From Bacteroidales bacterium UBA7258 (GTDB lineage: Bacteria; Bacteroidota; Bacteroidia; Bacteroidales; UBA932), in contig DKSK01000012.1 in the NCBI GenBank assembly GCA_002472565.1, positions 7,579-71,578 of the forward strand: a stretch of DNA of 64,000 nucleotides. The letters are read 5' to 3'. The notes under the pieces are model-generated. The model had not been told where the DNA came from and ran no database searches. It worked only from the letters and a program-made list of their open reading frames with translations. The translations under genes were made by a program, and so were the position numbers. The stretch's first letter is position 1. Each line of letters opens with the position of its first letter. Positions 1 to 10,365 of the stretch are shown one piece after another.

Positions 1-2924
1 CTGCCATAGGAAAAATCCTTGACAACAAGGACAACTCCCACCTGCTCTTCATAGTCACTTATCCGGAAGCTCTTGAAGAACTGATTCCTGACACTTCCAA
101 GATCAGTGGATCCCTTCTTAAAATAAAGGTAGGGGATGAGATAAGCCATGAAAAGATAGTTGAAATAATAGGAGCACAGGGCTTCGAGAGAGTAGATTTC
201 GTTTCCGCCCCTGGGCAGTTCGCCATAAGGGGTTCTCTGATGGATATTTTCTCATATTCCGATAGTAATCCTTTCAGAATCAGCTTCTTCGGAAATGAGG
301 TGGTAAAAATATCGGTTTTTGACGGCAACACCCAGCTTTCTTTAGAGGAAAGAAAAGAGGCGGACATCTTTCCTGACATCGTGGCCAATGGGGAGGGACC
401 TTCCGAAATTTCTGTAACGAAGATTTTTCCGAAGGATACCGTCGTATGGCTTGATTCTTCAGACATGTATTCGGACAGGGCCTTTTTCGGAGAGCTTGCT
501 TCTTTCAGAAGAGTCTTCACAGATGTTCCGATAGCCCTTGCCAAGAGTATAGAGCCAATCCGTTTCGACATAAGTCCTCAGCCGGTCTTTAACAAGAATT
601 TCGAACTGCTAACCGAGGATATAAGACACAGGATAGAATCAGGCTACAAGGTCTGCATCTACGGAGACAAGGAAAGTCAGCTCGACAGGCTCAGGAACAT
701 TCTCTCGGACAACGAAGGGCTTCTCCCCTATTTCATAAAAGGGAAAAACCTCCATGCTGGCTTTATCGACAATGAGGACAAGGTCTGCTGCTACTCCGAC
801 CATGAAATTTTCGACAGGTTCCAGAGAGTATCCTTAAGAAGGACGGTCGAAAAGACAGAGCAGTTGACTATCAATGACCTTAATTCCTTCAAGATAGGAG
901 ACTACGTCGTCCATATTGACCATGGAGTCGGAATTTTCGGAGGCCTGGTTAGGATGAAGGACGATAAAGGACTCGTCCATGAGGTAGTCAAGCTGATGTA
1001 CAAGGACGGAGATGTCGTCTTCGTTTCTGTCCATTCTCTCAACAAAATTTCGAGGTACAAGTCCAAAGATGACCTTCCTCCCAAGATAAACAAACTCGGG
1101 TCCAAGACATGGCAGGCTATGAAGGCCAGTGCCAAGTCGAAGATAAAGGACATAGCCAAGGACCTTATAAGTCTATATGCCAAGAGGAAGGCTTCCAAAG
1201 GTTTTGCCTTCTCTCCCGACACTTATCTCCAGGAAGAGCTGGAATCTTCTTTCATGTACGAAGATACTCCTGACCAGCAGTCCGCTACCCAGGCCGTGAA
1301 AAGGGATATGGAGGCTCCTTCTCCGATGGACAGGCTGGTCTGCGGAGACGTAGGTTTCGGCAAGACAGAGATAGCCGTCAGAGCCGCTTTCAAGGCAGCC
1401 GCCGATTCTAAACAGGTGGCTGTCCTGGTTCCGACCACTATTTTGGCTCTACAGCACTATGAGACTTTCACTCAAAGACTCAAGAATTTGCCTTGCAACG
1501 TAGAATATGTCAGCCGTCTTCGTACTGCCAAGGAGGTTTCAGACATCCAGAAGAGGCTCGCGGAAGGAAAAATCGACATTCTCATAGGAACACATAAAAT
1601 ACTCGGTAAGAATTTCGTGTTCAAGGATCTCGGACTCTTGATCATTGACGAGGAACAGAAGTTCGGGGTCTCCGCAAAAGAGAAGCTGCGTCAGATAAAG
1701 GCTTCCGTGGATACGTTGACATTGACTGCCACCCCTATCCCGCGAACTCTCCAGTTTTCTCTTCTCGGGGCGAGGGATCTCAGCATAATGAACACTCCCC
1801 CTCCAAACAGGATTCCTATTCAGACGGAAATCATCCATTTCGATGAAGAAAATATCAGCGGCATAATCAATTATGAGCTGAACCGCAACGGACAGATTTT
1901 CTTCCTTCATAATAAGGTAGAGGAATTGAGCGGTGTCTACGATATTCTCCATAGATTGGTCCCGGACATGAAAATCTGCGTCGCTCATGGACAGATGGAA
2001 GCAAAAGAATTGGAAGACAAGATGCTGGCCTTCATGAGAGGGGATTACGACATGCTTCTCTGCACGACAATCATAGAGAACGGTCTTGATATTCCGAATG
2101 CGAATACCATCATAGTGAATCAGGCTCAGAATTTCGGCCTTAGCGACCTTCACCAGCTTAGGGGAAGAGTGGGGAGGAGCAACAAGAAGGCTTTCTGTTA
2201 TCTCGTCGTTCCTCCTCTCACTTCCATTACAGACATCGCCAGAAGAAGGTTGAAGGCTATAGAGGAGTTCAGCGACCTCGGCGGAGGCTTCAACATAGCC
2301 ATGCAGGACCTTGATATCAGAGGAGCGGGCAATCTTCTCGGGGCTGAACAGAGCGGCTTCATAGCTGATATGGGCTATGAAACCTACCAGAAGATTCTTG
2401 CCGAGGCCATGGATGAACTCGGAGTTGAGACAGGAATAGTCAGCAGGAATGAGTCTTATTCCTATGTAATTGACTGCAATATTGATACGGATTTCCAGGC
2501 CTATATTCCTGATTCATACATAGACGTACCTGCCGAAAAGATAAGAATCTACCAGGAACTCGATTCTACCAAGAACGACAAGGTACTGGACACTATGGAG
2601 AATCGACTTGAAGACAGATTCGGACCTGTGCCTGCTGAACTCGAGAATCTTTTCGACATCGTTAGAATAAGGCATCTTGGAGAGAAGCTGGGCTTCGATA
2701 AGATTATCATGAAGAACGGCCTTATGATTGCTTTCTTCGTACAGAATCCGATGTCGGAATATTATCGTTCGAGTCTCTTCCGCTCCGTGTTGGAGAAGGT
2801 AGGCGAGTGCGGAGTCCTTTTCACCATGAAGCAGAAGGATTCCAAGCTCAGGCTGATCTGCCACAATGTGAGCTCTGTAAAAAAGGCCCTCGAAAACCTC
2901 AGAAAATTAGACAAAAATCAGTAA
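1..2924 (+). CDS. mfd: Transcription-repair coupling factor Mfd (5'-truncated by the window edge)
   Basis: The frame is open from nt 3 (…GFERVDFVSAPGQFAIRGSLMDIFSY), so the true start is upstream of the window. It has the CarD/RID region (GDYVVHIDHGVG), helicase motifs GDVGFGKT, DEEQKFG, TATPIPRT and QLRGRVGR, and the C-terminal TRCF domain. Confidence 0.97.
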   Translation, partial: AIGKILDNKDNSHLLFIVTYPEALEELIPDTSKISGSLLKIKVGDEISHEKIVEIIGAQGFERVDFVSAPGQFAIRGSLMDIFSYSDSNPFRISFFGNEVVKISVFDGNTQLSLEERKEADIFPDIVANGEGPSEISVTKIFPKDTVVWLDSSDMYSDRAFFGELASFRRVFTDVPIALAKSIEPIRFDISPQPVFNKNFELLTEDIRHRIESGYKVCIYGDKESQLDRLRNILSDNEGLLPYFIKGKNLHAGFIDNEDKVCCYSDHEIFDRFQRVSLRRTVEKTEQLTINDLNSFKIGDYVVHIDHGVGIFGGLVRMKDDKGLVHEVVKLMYKDGDVVFVSVHSLNKISRYKSKDDLPPKINKLGSKTWQAMKASAKSKIKDIAKDLISLYAKRKASKGFAFSPDTYLQEELESSFMYEDTPDQQSATQAVKRDMEAPSPMDRLVCGDVGFGKTEIAVRAAFKAAADSKQVAVLVPTTILALQHYETFTQRLKNLPCNVEYVSRLRTAKEVSDIQKRLAEGKIDILIGTHKILGKNFVFKDLGLLIIDEEQKFGVSAKEKLRQIKASVDTLTLTATPIPRTLQFSLLGARDLSIMNTPPPNRIPIQTEIIHFDEENISGIINYELNRNGQIFFLHNKVEELSGVYDILHRLVPDMKICVAHGQMEAKELEDKMLAFMRGDYDMLLCTTIIENGLDIPNANTIIVNQAQNFGLSDLHQLRGRVGRSNKKAFCYLVVPPLTSITDIARRRLKAIEEFSDLGGGFNIAMQDLDIRGAGNLLGAEQSGFIADMGYETYQKILAEAMDELGVETGIVSRNESYSYVIDCNIDTDFQAYIPDSYIDVPAEKIRIYQELDSTKNDKVLDTMENRLEDRFGPVPAELENLFDIVRIRHLGEKLGFDKIIMKNGLMIAFFVQNPMSEYYRSSLFRSVLEKVGECGVLFTMKQKDSKLRLICHNVSSVKKALENLRKLDKNQ

Positions 2925-2925
2925 G

Positions 2926-3648
2926 ATGAATCTCATCATAGACATTGGTAATACTGCGGTAAAGGCAGCATGGTCTGACAAGATGACCTTGGGAAAGACC
3001 TTTCGTTATCAGGGAGAGAAGGTACAGGATTTCATAGCCTCTCTCACAGAGAAGGATAAGCCTGACGTGATGGTGGTGTCTTCCGTCTATGACATTTCCT
3101 CTTCTGATGCTGAGGCCATGACGAAAGAATGCGGCTCCCTGCTGATTCTTGACGGGAAACACCCTGAGATGCTCTACAGGCACAATGTTCCCCAGTACAT
3201 GACCTATGACCGTGCAGCTTCCATTATAGCCTCGCGATACCTTTTCAAAGGAAGAGGAGTCACTATTTTCGATTTCGGAAACACCCTGACCATCGATTTC
3301 ATTGACAAGAACGGCTGGTACACTGGAGGCAACATTTCTCTTGGCTGCAGGACAAGATTCAAGGCGCTGAACAGATATTCAAGGGCTCTTCCGCTGATAG
3401 ATACCCCGGACGAACCTTCCCTGCTCGGTACTTCTCTCGCCACTTCTATCGAGGGAGGAGTAATTTCGGGCATAATGTTTGAAATAGAGGGCTACGTCTC
3501 TCTCCATCAAGACAACATCTTGGTGTTCACTGGCGGAGACGCGAATTATTTTGCAAAAAGGATGAAAAACTCGATATTTGTAATTTCCAACCTCGTCCTG
3601 ATGGGCTTGGCTTTAATAGCGGACGAATATGTCAGCAAAGACAATTGA
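2926..3648 (+). CDS. coaX: Type III pantothenate kinase
   Basis: N-terminal IIDIGNT, D-R motif (TYDRAAS), DFGNTLTID, GGNISLG and VFTGGDA are typical of CoaX. Confidence 0.9.
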   Translation: MNLIIDIGNTAVKAAWSDKMTLGKTFRYQGEKVQDFIASLTEKDKPDVMVVSSVYDISSSDAEAMTKECGSLLILDGKHPEMLYRHNVPQYMTYDRAASIIASRYLFKGRGVTIFDFGNTLTIDFIDKNGWYTGGNISLGCRTRFKALNRYSRALPLIDTPDEPSLLGTSLATSIEGGVISGIMFEIEGYVSLHQDNILVFTGGDANYFAKRMKNSIFVISNLVLMGLALIADEYVSKDN

Positions 3649-4963
3649 GGCACTTTTTATTTCACTTCTTCTCCTCATCCCGGCAACGATTTCAAGGGCT
3701 CAGGATGGGGCTGACGAGTCGTATTCTCCTTATTCTGTGTTCGGAATAGGAGACATCTCGCGTCAGGGGACGGCCTATAACAAGGGCATGGGAGGAGTAG
3801 GAATCGCCAACCGGAGCCACAGATTCGTGAATTATCTCAATCCAGCCGCCGTGACTGCGAGAGATACCTTGTCTTTCATGATGGACGTGGGGGTAGTGAA
3901 CCAGAACAAGATTTTCAAACAGGGAAGCGGTAAATCCGTCAACAATTCCACGAACATGTTTAATTTCGTGGCCACTTTCCCTATTTATAAGAAAAGCGCT
4001 TTCATTTTGGGAATTACTCCTTTCAGTGATGTAGGCTACGATTTTTCCCATCCGATAACAGACCCTTCCGTCATAGGTAATACAGGGAACGTAACTTATT
4101 CTTCCGAAGGAAGCGGCAGTCTATACCAGCTTTTCGGAGGCATGGGAGCAAGCCTCTGGAGTAATTTTTCCGTCGGAGCAGAACTTATTTATGTTTTCGG
4201 CAATCTGGACAAGGACACCAGGATGAGCTTCGATGACAATACTTACAGAAGCATCTATTCTGGATATACTCTCCAGCTCAATGCCGTCACCGGAAAATTC
4301 GGAGTCCAGTATGAGAAGCCTCTCTCCAATGGTCTCACCCTCACCGCCGGAGCCACATACAGAATGGGTGCCAAACTCAAGGGTTACGCCAAGGGGTACC
4401 AGTATGCCGCCGTGTCGGGCGTGGTGGATACTACCTACAACGCGAAGAGAAATTTTACCGACACCTTGTCCCGTTCCCGTAATAATGTGAAGCTTGGAAG
4501 CGAATATGGTATTGGAATTTCGCTCAGAAAAGACGACCTTTGGAGTCTGGAATTTGATTACCTCTTTTCGGACTGGGGAAATAGCGGTTTTGACAGCCAC
4601 AGGGGCTTCTCGAACAGAGGGGCCGCCAACTTCACGACAACTTCTTCCCAATCATTCAGAGGAGGTTTCGAAATAACGCCGAACAGAAATGACATCCGTT
4701 ATTATCTGAGACGCTGCACCTATCGCATCGGTGCTTATTATGACACCATGTATTATAAGGTCAACGGAGAGCAGATCCGGCAGTTCGGCTTGACTTTAGG
4801 GACGACACTTCCGGTATTCCGCTGGTATAACGGTCTGACTCTGGGAATTGACCTCGGTCAGAAGGGAAGCACCAGCGGGAGGCTGATAAAAGAAAACTAC
4901 ATAATGTTCAACGTAGGCATCAATATTCATGATATCTGGTTCCAGAAACCTAAATATGAATAA
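3629..4963 (+). CDS. Outer-membrane beta-barrel protein (conserved Bacteroidetes protein downstream of coaX)
   Basis: Signal peptide, SPYSVFGIG and NPAA motifs, alternating amphipathic beta strands, and an aromatic C-terminus (WFQKPKYE). Confidence 0.75.
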   Translation: MSAKTIEALFISLLLLIPATISRAQDGADESYSPYSVFGIGDISRQGTAYNKGMGGVGIANRSHRFVNYLNPAAVTARDTLSFMMDVGVVNQNKIFKQGSGKSVNNSTNMFNFVATFPIYKKSAFILGITPFSDVGYDFSHPITDPSVIGNTGNVTYSSEGSGSLYQLFGGMGASLWSNFSVGAELIYVFGNLDKDTRMSFDDNTYRSIYSGYTLQLNAVTGKFGVQYEKPLSNGLTLTAGATYRMGAKLKGYAKGYQYAAVSGVVDTTYNAKRNFTDTLSRSRNNVKLGSEYGIGISLRKDDLWSLEFDYLFSDWGNSGFDSHRGFSNRGAANFTTTSSQSFRGGFEITPNRNDIRYYLRRCTYRIGAYYDTMYYKVNGEQIRQFGLTLGTTLPVFRWYNGLTLGIDLGQKGSTSGRLIKENYIMFNVGINIHDIWFQKPKYE

Positions 4964-5008
4964 AGATTCCGTTGAAATAAGACGTAACTGGAAATTTAAA
5001 GAAGAACT

Positions 5009-6340
5009 ATGAAAAAAATCAAAATTCTATTCGTCGCCGCTCTCGCGACAGTCCTCGGAGGAAACCTCAGCGTTTCCGCCCAGGGAAAATATGGCGCTGA
5101 CAGTGCAAACTGCGTGCTCTACCTCTCCTATTACAAGGAGTACTATAAACAGAAGAATTATGATTCAGCTCTGCCGAACTGGAGAAAGGCCTATAATATC
5201 TGCCCTCCTACTGCCAGCCAGAATCTGTTCATAGATGGTGCCTCCATGATGCGCCGCCAGATTCAGAAGACTTCGGATCCTCAGGCCAAAAAGGCTCTCA
5301 TCGATACCCTTATACGCATTCAGGACACCAGGGCCAAGTATTATCCTAAATATGCCGTGACCGCAATGAACAACAAGGGTCTCGACATGTCCAATTATCT
5401 CAAGGATAATCCTAAGGTTCTTTATGACGGACTCAACGAAATCATCGCGAGCAACGGTGCGGAGATCAAGCCGAGCCTCCTTCTCTTCGACCTCAACGCC
5501 GCCATCCAGCTTTATCAGAAGAATGAGCTCGGAGCCGAGGAAGTCATCAAGACTTATCAGAACAACATGAACATCCTCGCCAGCGCTTCCGCCGGAAAGG
5601 ATGAGGCTCATCTTCAGGAATATGACAAGGTAAAGTCCGATATCGAGGGTCTCTTCATCAATTCTAAGGTGGCCAGCTGCGATAACCTCATCGCCCTCTT
5701 CACCCCTCGTTATGAGCAGAGCCCTACCGATACTTCCCTCGTAAAGAACATTGTCCGTATGATGTCCTCTACCGAGAACTGCACCGACAATGAACTTTAC
5801 CTCAAGGCCGCTACTTCTATGTATCAGCTTGATCCTTCCGCTCAGAGCGCCTACTTCCTTTTCAGGCTCAATTCCTCCCGCGGAAATGTGGATGATGCCA
5901 TCAAGTATATGAACGAGGCCATCTCTTCTACTGATATCGATGACGCCACCCGCGCCAACTATAACTATGAACTCGCTACTTTCTGCGTGAAGAACGGAAA
6001 GGATGTAACAGGATATGAGGCGGCTCAGAACGCCATGGAGATTGATCCTTCGCTCGCAGGAAAGTGCTACTACCTCATGGGAACAATCTGGGGGACAGTT
6101 CAGTGCGGCGGAGATGAAATTTCGTCGAGGGCTCACTTCTGGGTAGCGGTAGACTATATGCAGAAGGCGAAGAACGCCGATGCCAGCCTCACCGAAGACT
6201 GCAACAACATGATCCGTCAGTACAGCGTCTACTTCCCTAAGACCGCCGACGCCTTCATGTATGACCTTACAGACGGAAACGCTTATTCCGTAAACTGCAA
6301 GGGCCTCCATGCCAGCACCACGGTAAGAACTCAGAAATAA
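5009..6340 (+). CDS. Exported tetratricopeptide-repeat protein
   Basis: Signal peptide and helical TPR-like repeats (YDSALPNW.KAY, DDAIKYMNEAI); position between the OMP and lptC. Confidence 0.75.
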   Translation: MKKIKILFVAALATVLGGNLSVSAQGKYGADSANCVLYLSYYKEYYKQKNYDSALPNWRKAYNICPPTASQNLFIDGASMMRRQIQKTSDPQAKKALIDTLIRIQDTRAKYYPKYAVTAMNNKGLDMSNYLKDNPKVLYDGLNEIIASNGAEIKPSLLLFDLNAAIQLYQKNELGAEEVIKTYQNNMNILASASAGKDEAHLQEYDKVKSDIEGLFINSKVASCDNLIALFTPRYEQSPTDTSLVKNIVRMMSSTENCTDNELYLKAATSMYQLDPSAQSAYFLFRLNSSRGNVDDAIKYMNEAISSTDIDDATRANYNYELATFCVKNGKDVTGYEAAQNAMEIDPSLAGKCYYLMGTIWGTVQCGGDEISSRAHFWVAVDYMQKAKNADASLTEDCNNMIRQYSVYFPKTADAFMYDLTDGNAYSVNCKGLHASTTVRTQK

Positions 6341-6379
6341 TCAGTCAGCGGTGGCGAAGGTTTTCCCTAGCCGCGGGTT

Positions 6380-7024
6380 ATGACTCACATCAGCAGAATA
6401 TTCAGGATGACGGCAACCGCTTTTACGGTTGCCCTCATCGTATTATCATGTAAGTCCAAACTAAAGGCGGCCGAGGACCTGGATATGAGCAAGTCTCCGC
6501 TCCAGGAAGTCGACAGTATGTATCTGATACAGTCGAAGAACGGAGCTGTGACCCTGAGGGTTTTCGCCAACGTCATGGAACGCTTTGACAACGACAGCGT
6601 GACCTACGAGACTTTTCCTATGGGGCTGAACGTATATTCTTATGGCGATGACGGGGTTCTAGAATCTACCATCAGATCTGACAACGCCATGCATAAGAAG
6701 AATAAGCGTTCCGGCGTAGAGATGTGGCAGGCTTTCGGCAACGTGGTCGTGAGAAATCTTGTCAATCACCAGACCATGCAGTCGGACACGATTTACTGGG
6801 ACAGAACCAGGCATGAGATTTATACTGATTGCTACATCAGGATGTATTCTCCTGACGGCTTTATCCAGGGCTACGGCATGCGTTCAGACGAGAAGGCGAG
6901 GAATGCCATGATAACCAGACCTTTCAATAACTATGCTGTCGTCGTGAAGGATACGAATGAGGTTATCATCGATACCGCTAATTTCATCGGTCCCCTTCTT
7001 AAGAGCAAACATAGCCAAAAATAG
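6380..7024 (+). CDS. lptC: LPS export ABC transporter periplasmic protein LptC
   Basis: N-terminal anchor with Cys, beta-jellyroll pattern (FPMGLNV, WQAFGNVVV, SDTIYWD, IYTD, GYGMRSD), and the conserved Bacteroidetes neighbourhood. Confidence 0.8.
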   Translation: MTHISRIFRMTATAFTVALIVLSCKSKLKAAEDLDMSKSPLQEVDSMYLIQSKNGAVTLRVFANVMERFDNDSVTYETFPMGLNVYSYGDDGVLESTIRSDNAMHKKNKRSGVEMWQAFGNVVVRNLVNHQTMQSDTIYWDRTRHEIYTDCYIRMYSPDGFIQGYGMRSDEKARNAMITRPFNNYAVVVKDTNEVIIDTANFIGPLLKSKHSQK

Positions 7025-7112
7025 CTTTCGTTTGAATAAATTTTGCTAACTTCGCAATCCATATACTTTTATGGACAGTTTTTACCGTTGAAAACAAAAA
7101 ACAGCATAACAA

Positions 7113-9197
7113 ATGGCGGTTCTTGAAAAAATACGCGTAAAGTTCGGACTCGGAGCGTCCATAATTATCGCTCTGGGTCTGCTCTCATTTATCATCGACC
7201 CAAGCGAGATTACTTCTGCCTTCCAGTCGATGTCCAACAAGAATGATGTCGGAAGCATCAACGGAAAGTCAGTTTCCTATGTTGATTTCCAGCAGCAGGT
7301 TGAGGATCTCACTGATATCAACGAGTCTCTCACCGGCGCTTCTGCTCAGAATGCGGATCAGCAGAAGCAGCTGAGGGATCAGGCGTGGACGGAGGATATC
7401 TACAAGTATCTCTTCCTCAAAAGGGCCAAGGCGGCCGGTCTCAACGTCGGCAATGAGGAGATGGTTGACCTTACCACAGGCAACGATATCTCCCCTATCA
7501 TCTCCCAGATATTCCAGGGTGAGAATGGAGACGTCGCGGCAAATGTCCGCAATTTCGTCCAGAGCCTTTCCAGCGACCAGACCGGCAAGATGAGGTCTGT
7601 ATGGAATTATCTCCAGAATTCTGTCTACAATCAGCAGTACTACGAGAAGTACGCTTCTCTCTTCGCCGCTTCCAATTTTGAGAATCCTCTCATGATGAAG
7701 AGGGCTATCGCCGAGAACAACAATACGACGGATGTCAATTTCGTCATGATTCCTTTCGGCTATCAGCAGGATTCGACCATCAAGGTCTCTGATTCCGAGA
7801 TCAAGAGCTATTATGATTCTCATAAGAAGCTTTTCCGTCAGCAGGCCAGCCGCGACATGGAGTATGTAGTCTATGAGGTCAAGCCTTCCCAGAGCGATAT
7901 CAATGCCGCCAAGAAGGCCCTTTCCGACGTTCTCCCTGAGTTTGCCTCGACGACGAATCTCAAGAGTTTTATCCTTAAGAACAGCGACAGGTCTTATTCA
8001 GAATATTGGAACAAGCCGGGTGATCTCAAGACTGTTTCCGCCGATATCGACAATTTCGTCTGGAGCGGTGCCGAGGGTGTTTCTGACATCTATGCTAACG
8101 GTGACAATTTCTACGCTGCTCGCGTTATCGATACCAAGACTGTACCTGATTCAGTCTATGTAAGGCATATCCTTTTCCAGGGTTCCGACGCCGACGCGAA
8201 GGCTGACAGCGTTCTCGCCGTCCTCAAGGCCGGAACCGAGAGCTTCTCGAATCTTGCCACCCAGTATTCTTCCGACAGCCAGAGCGCTGCTGACGGAGAG
8301 CGCGGAAATCTCGGCTGGCTCACCCAGAACTATATGTTCCCTGGCATGGAGAGCGTGCTTACCGCCAAGACTGGAGTTCCTTATATCGTCCGCACTCAGT
8401 ATGGTACTCATATCGTAGAGGTTACCAAGACTACAGAGCCGATTGTAAAGAAGCAGGTGGCCATTCTCGAGAAGGATGCTCAGCCTAGCAAAGAGACTTT
8501 CAACAGTGTCTATTCCGAGGCTAACAAGTTCGCTGCTATAGCCGGTCATAAGTATGCTGGCTACAAGGCCGCTGTTGATTCTCTCCATGTATATTCTCAT
8601 CCGAGGAACAACATGCTCATGAGCACCGAGCAGCTTGGCAGCATTGACGATGCCAAGGAGGTTACCCGTTGGGTCTTCGACAATAAGCCGGGCAAGGTTT
8701 CTGATATTATCACAGTCAGCAACAATTTCTTCGTAATCGCTACTGTCAAGGGTGTGCATAAGGATGGCTTTGCTACTGTTGATGAGGTTTCCGCCCAGAT
8801 TAAGGAGAAGCTTTATTACGATAAGCTCGCTGAAAAGACTGCCGCCGAAATCAAGTCGAAGATTGCAGGAATGACTGATCTTCAGGCTATAGCCGAGAAG
8901 CTTAATTCTTCTGTAAGCAGCCAGAGCGGCGTTACTTTCGCCAACATGGGTGCTGCGCAGCTTGATCCTAAGTTTATCGGTGCGCTCAGCGTCGCTCCTG
9001 TAGGCAAGATCTGCGGTCCTGTAGCTGGATCTATCGGTGTTTATGTCTTTGAAGTTACCGGGCGTGATACTGGTTCTTTCTATACCGAGGATGACGCGAA
9101 GGCTCGCAAGAATCAGGAGAATCAGTATCTGAGCCAGATGATTATTCCGGTGATGAGCCAGGATGCCGTCAAGGACAACAGAGACCGCTTCTATTAG
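7113..9197 (+). CDS. ppiD: PpiD/SurA-type membrane-anchored peptidyl-prolyl isomerase
   Basis: MAVLEKIR N-terminus, a transmembrane helix, a SurA-N-like region (VGSINGKSVSY) and a parvulin domain (VRHILF, FSNLATQYS, GNLGW). Confidence 0.85.
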   Translation: MAVLEKIRVKFGLGASIIIALGLLSFIIDPSEITSAFQSMSNKNDVGSINGKSVSYVDFQQQVEDLTDINESLTGASAQNADQQKQLRDQAWTEDIYKYLFLKRAKAAGLNVGNEEMVDLTTGNDISPIISQIFQGENGDVAANVRNFVQSLSSDQTGKMRSVWNYLQNSVYNQQYYEKYASLFAASNFENPLMMKRAIAENNNTTDVNFVMIPFGYQQDSTIKVSDSEIKSYYDSHKKLFRQQASRDMEYVVYEVKPSQSDINAAKKALSDVLPEFASTTNLKSFILKNSDRSYSEYWNKPGDLKTVSADIDNFVWSGAEGVSDIYANGDNFYAARVIDTKTVPDSVYVRHILFQGSDADAKADSVLAVLKAGTESFSNLATQYSSDSQSAADGERGNLGWLTQNYMFPGMESVLTAKTGVPYIVRTQYGTHIVEVTKTTEPIVKKQVAILEKDAQPSKETFNSVYSEANKFAAIAGHKYAGYKAAVDSLHVYSHPRNNMLMSTEQLGSIDDAKEVTRWVFDNKPGKVSDIITVSNNFFVIATVKGVHKDGFATVDEVSAQIKEKLYYDKLAEKTAAEIKSKIAGMTDLQAIAEKLNSSVSSQSGVTFANMGAAQLDPKFIGALSVAPVGKICGPVAGSIGVYVFEVTGRDTGSFYTEDDAKARKNQENQYLSQMIIPVMSQDAVKDNRDRFY

Positions 9198-10240
9198 TAG
9201 TTTCTTGAATAGAATTTTCGTTGAAGGCGACTCCCTTTCGAGCCGCCTTCTTTTGTATATAGAAGAGAGGAATCTTGGCTGCATTCCGCAAAGCGGAGGA
9301 GGATGGGACTATGGTCGGAGACACCTCCGTTGTACCGAGGGCCAGTGTAGGTGCGAAGAGGCTTGAAACCAGGATGGGTATTGTCCCAGACCATGAGAAA
9401 AGGAGGCTCGAGAATATCCATCCTGCAGCGGTTCCCGATTTCAGGATTCACCATGAACATATCTATAAGTTCCCATTTCCCATTGTAGCGGATAGATCCC
9501 CTTCCCTTTGCCGCTAGCGGAAGGGCAAGATTCAGCAAGTCCCCACAGCGGACGTTCTCTGGCGTGTCATTGAAGTCTCCCATTGAGATAACGTAGGATA
9601 CCCCGGCCCCTCTGAGAGAGTCTCCAACGGCCTGCATTTGCCTTATGGCGGCATCTCTTCTCCAATCAGAATCTCCGCCTCCGTATTTCGAAGGATGATG
9701 GTTGACCAGGATGCCGAATTCTTTTCCTCCGCGCCTCAGTACGGCCGCAAGAATGTCTCTGGTCTTGAGGCTGTCTCCTCCCATGGATCCGCTTACATGG
9801 ACCGGTCTTGATGAAAGAGACTCGAACTCTGACCTGCGATAGAGCAGCGCTACGTCAATCCCCCTGTGGTCAGGAGATTCATAGTGTATGATGCCGTAAT
9901 CCAGCTTTCTGAGTGCCGTCTCCGAGAGAAGTTTTCTCAGTACAAAGCCATTCTCTATTTCGGCGAGACCCACAAGATCCGGAAGCCTCCCGTACTTTTC
10001 TCCAGTCCACAGGATAGTCTTTGCTATGGCATTGCATTTGGCGTAAAAACGCCGCTTAGTCCACCTGCGTACTCCATGTGGGGAAAACTCCGCATCAGAG
10101 TCCCCTCCATCATCGTTGAAATAATCAAAAAAGTTCTCCACATTCCAGAACATTACGCTTAGACTGTCCCCCCGGGATACGGCATGAAGCGGAAGCGCCC
10201 ACGCAAGAATAACGAACAGAATAGTTACCAGACCCCTCAT
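9194..10240 (-). CDS. Exported endonuclease/exonuclease/phosphatase family protein
   Basis: Motifs MFWNVENFF, GLAEIEN, GIDVALLY, VNHHPS, MGDFND and SDH. ATG 10240 begins a signal peptide (MRGLVTILFVILAWALPLHA). Confidence 0.88.
   Translation of the reverse strand: MRGLVTILFVILAWALPLHAVSRGDSLSVMFWNVENFFDYFNDDGGDSDAEFSPHGVRRWTKRRFYAKCNAIAKTILWTGEKYGRLPDLVGLAEIENGFVLRKLLSETALRKLDYGIIHYESPDHRGIDVALLYRRSEFESLSSRPVHVSGSMGGDSLKTRDILAAVLRRGGKEFGILVNHHPSKYGGGDSDWRRDAAIRQMQAVGDSLRGAGVSYVISMGDFNDTPENVRCGDLLNLALPLAAKGRGSIRYNGKWELIDMFMVNPEIGNRCRMDILEPPFLMVWDNTHPGFKPLRTYTGPRYNGGVSDHSPILLRFAECSQDSSLLYTKEGGSKGSRLQRKFYSRNY
9223..9254 (+). terminator. Intrinsic terminator of ppiD
   Basis: GAAGGCG-A-CTC / GAG-C-CGCCTTC stem followed by TTTT, 25 nt after the stop codon. 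Confidence 0.65.
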
Positions 10241-10310
10241 TGCTTGTAAGATTTTACGCAATGTATTGAATTTTGTCCGATTCTCATATTCTTTGTCTTT
10301 ATTTTAATAG

Positions 10311-10318
10311 TATATTTG
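10311..10318 (+). promoter_or_regulatory. Bacteroidetes -7 promoter element for galK
   Basis: TATATTTG matches TAnnTTTG, in an AT-rich divergent spacer about 48 nt upstream of the ATG. Confidence 0.5.
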
Positions 10319-10365
10319 TGTTACCGGTAAAACAAATAACCAACAGTATTCCGTATTTTTTAGTA

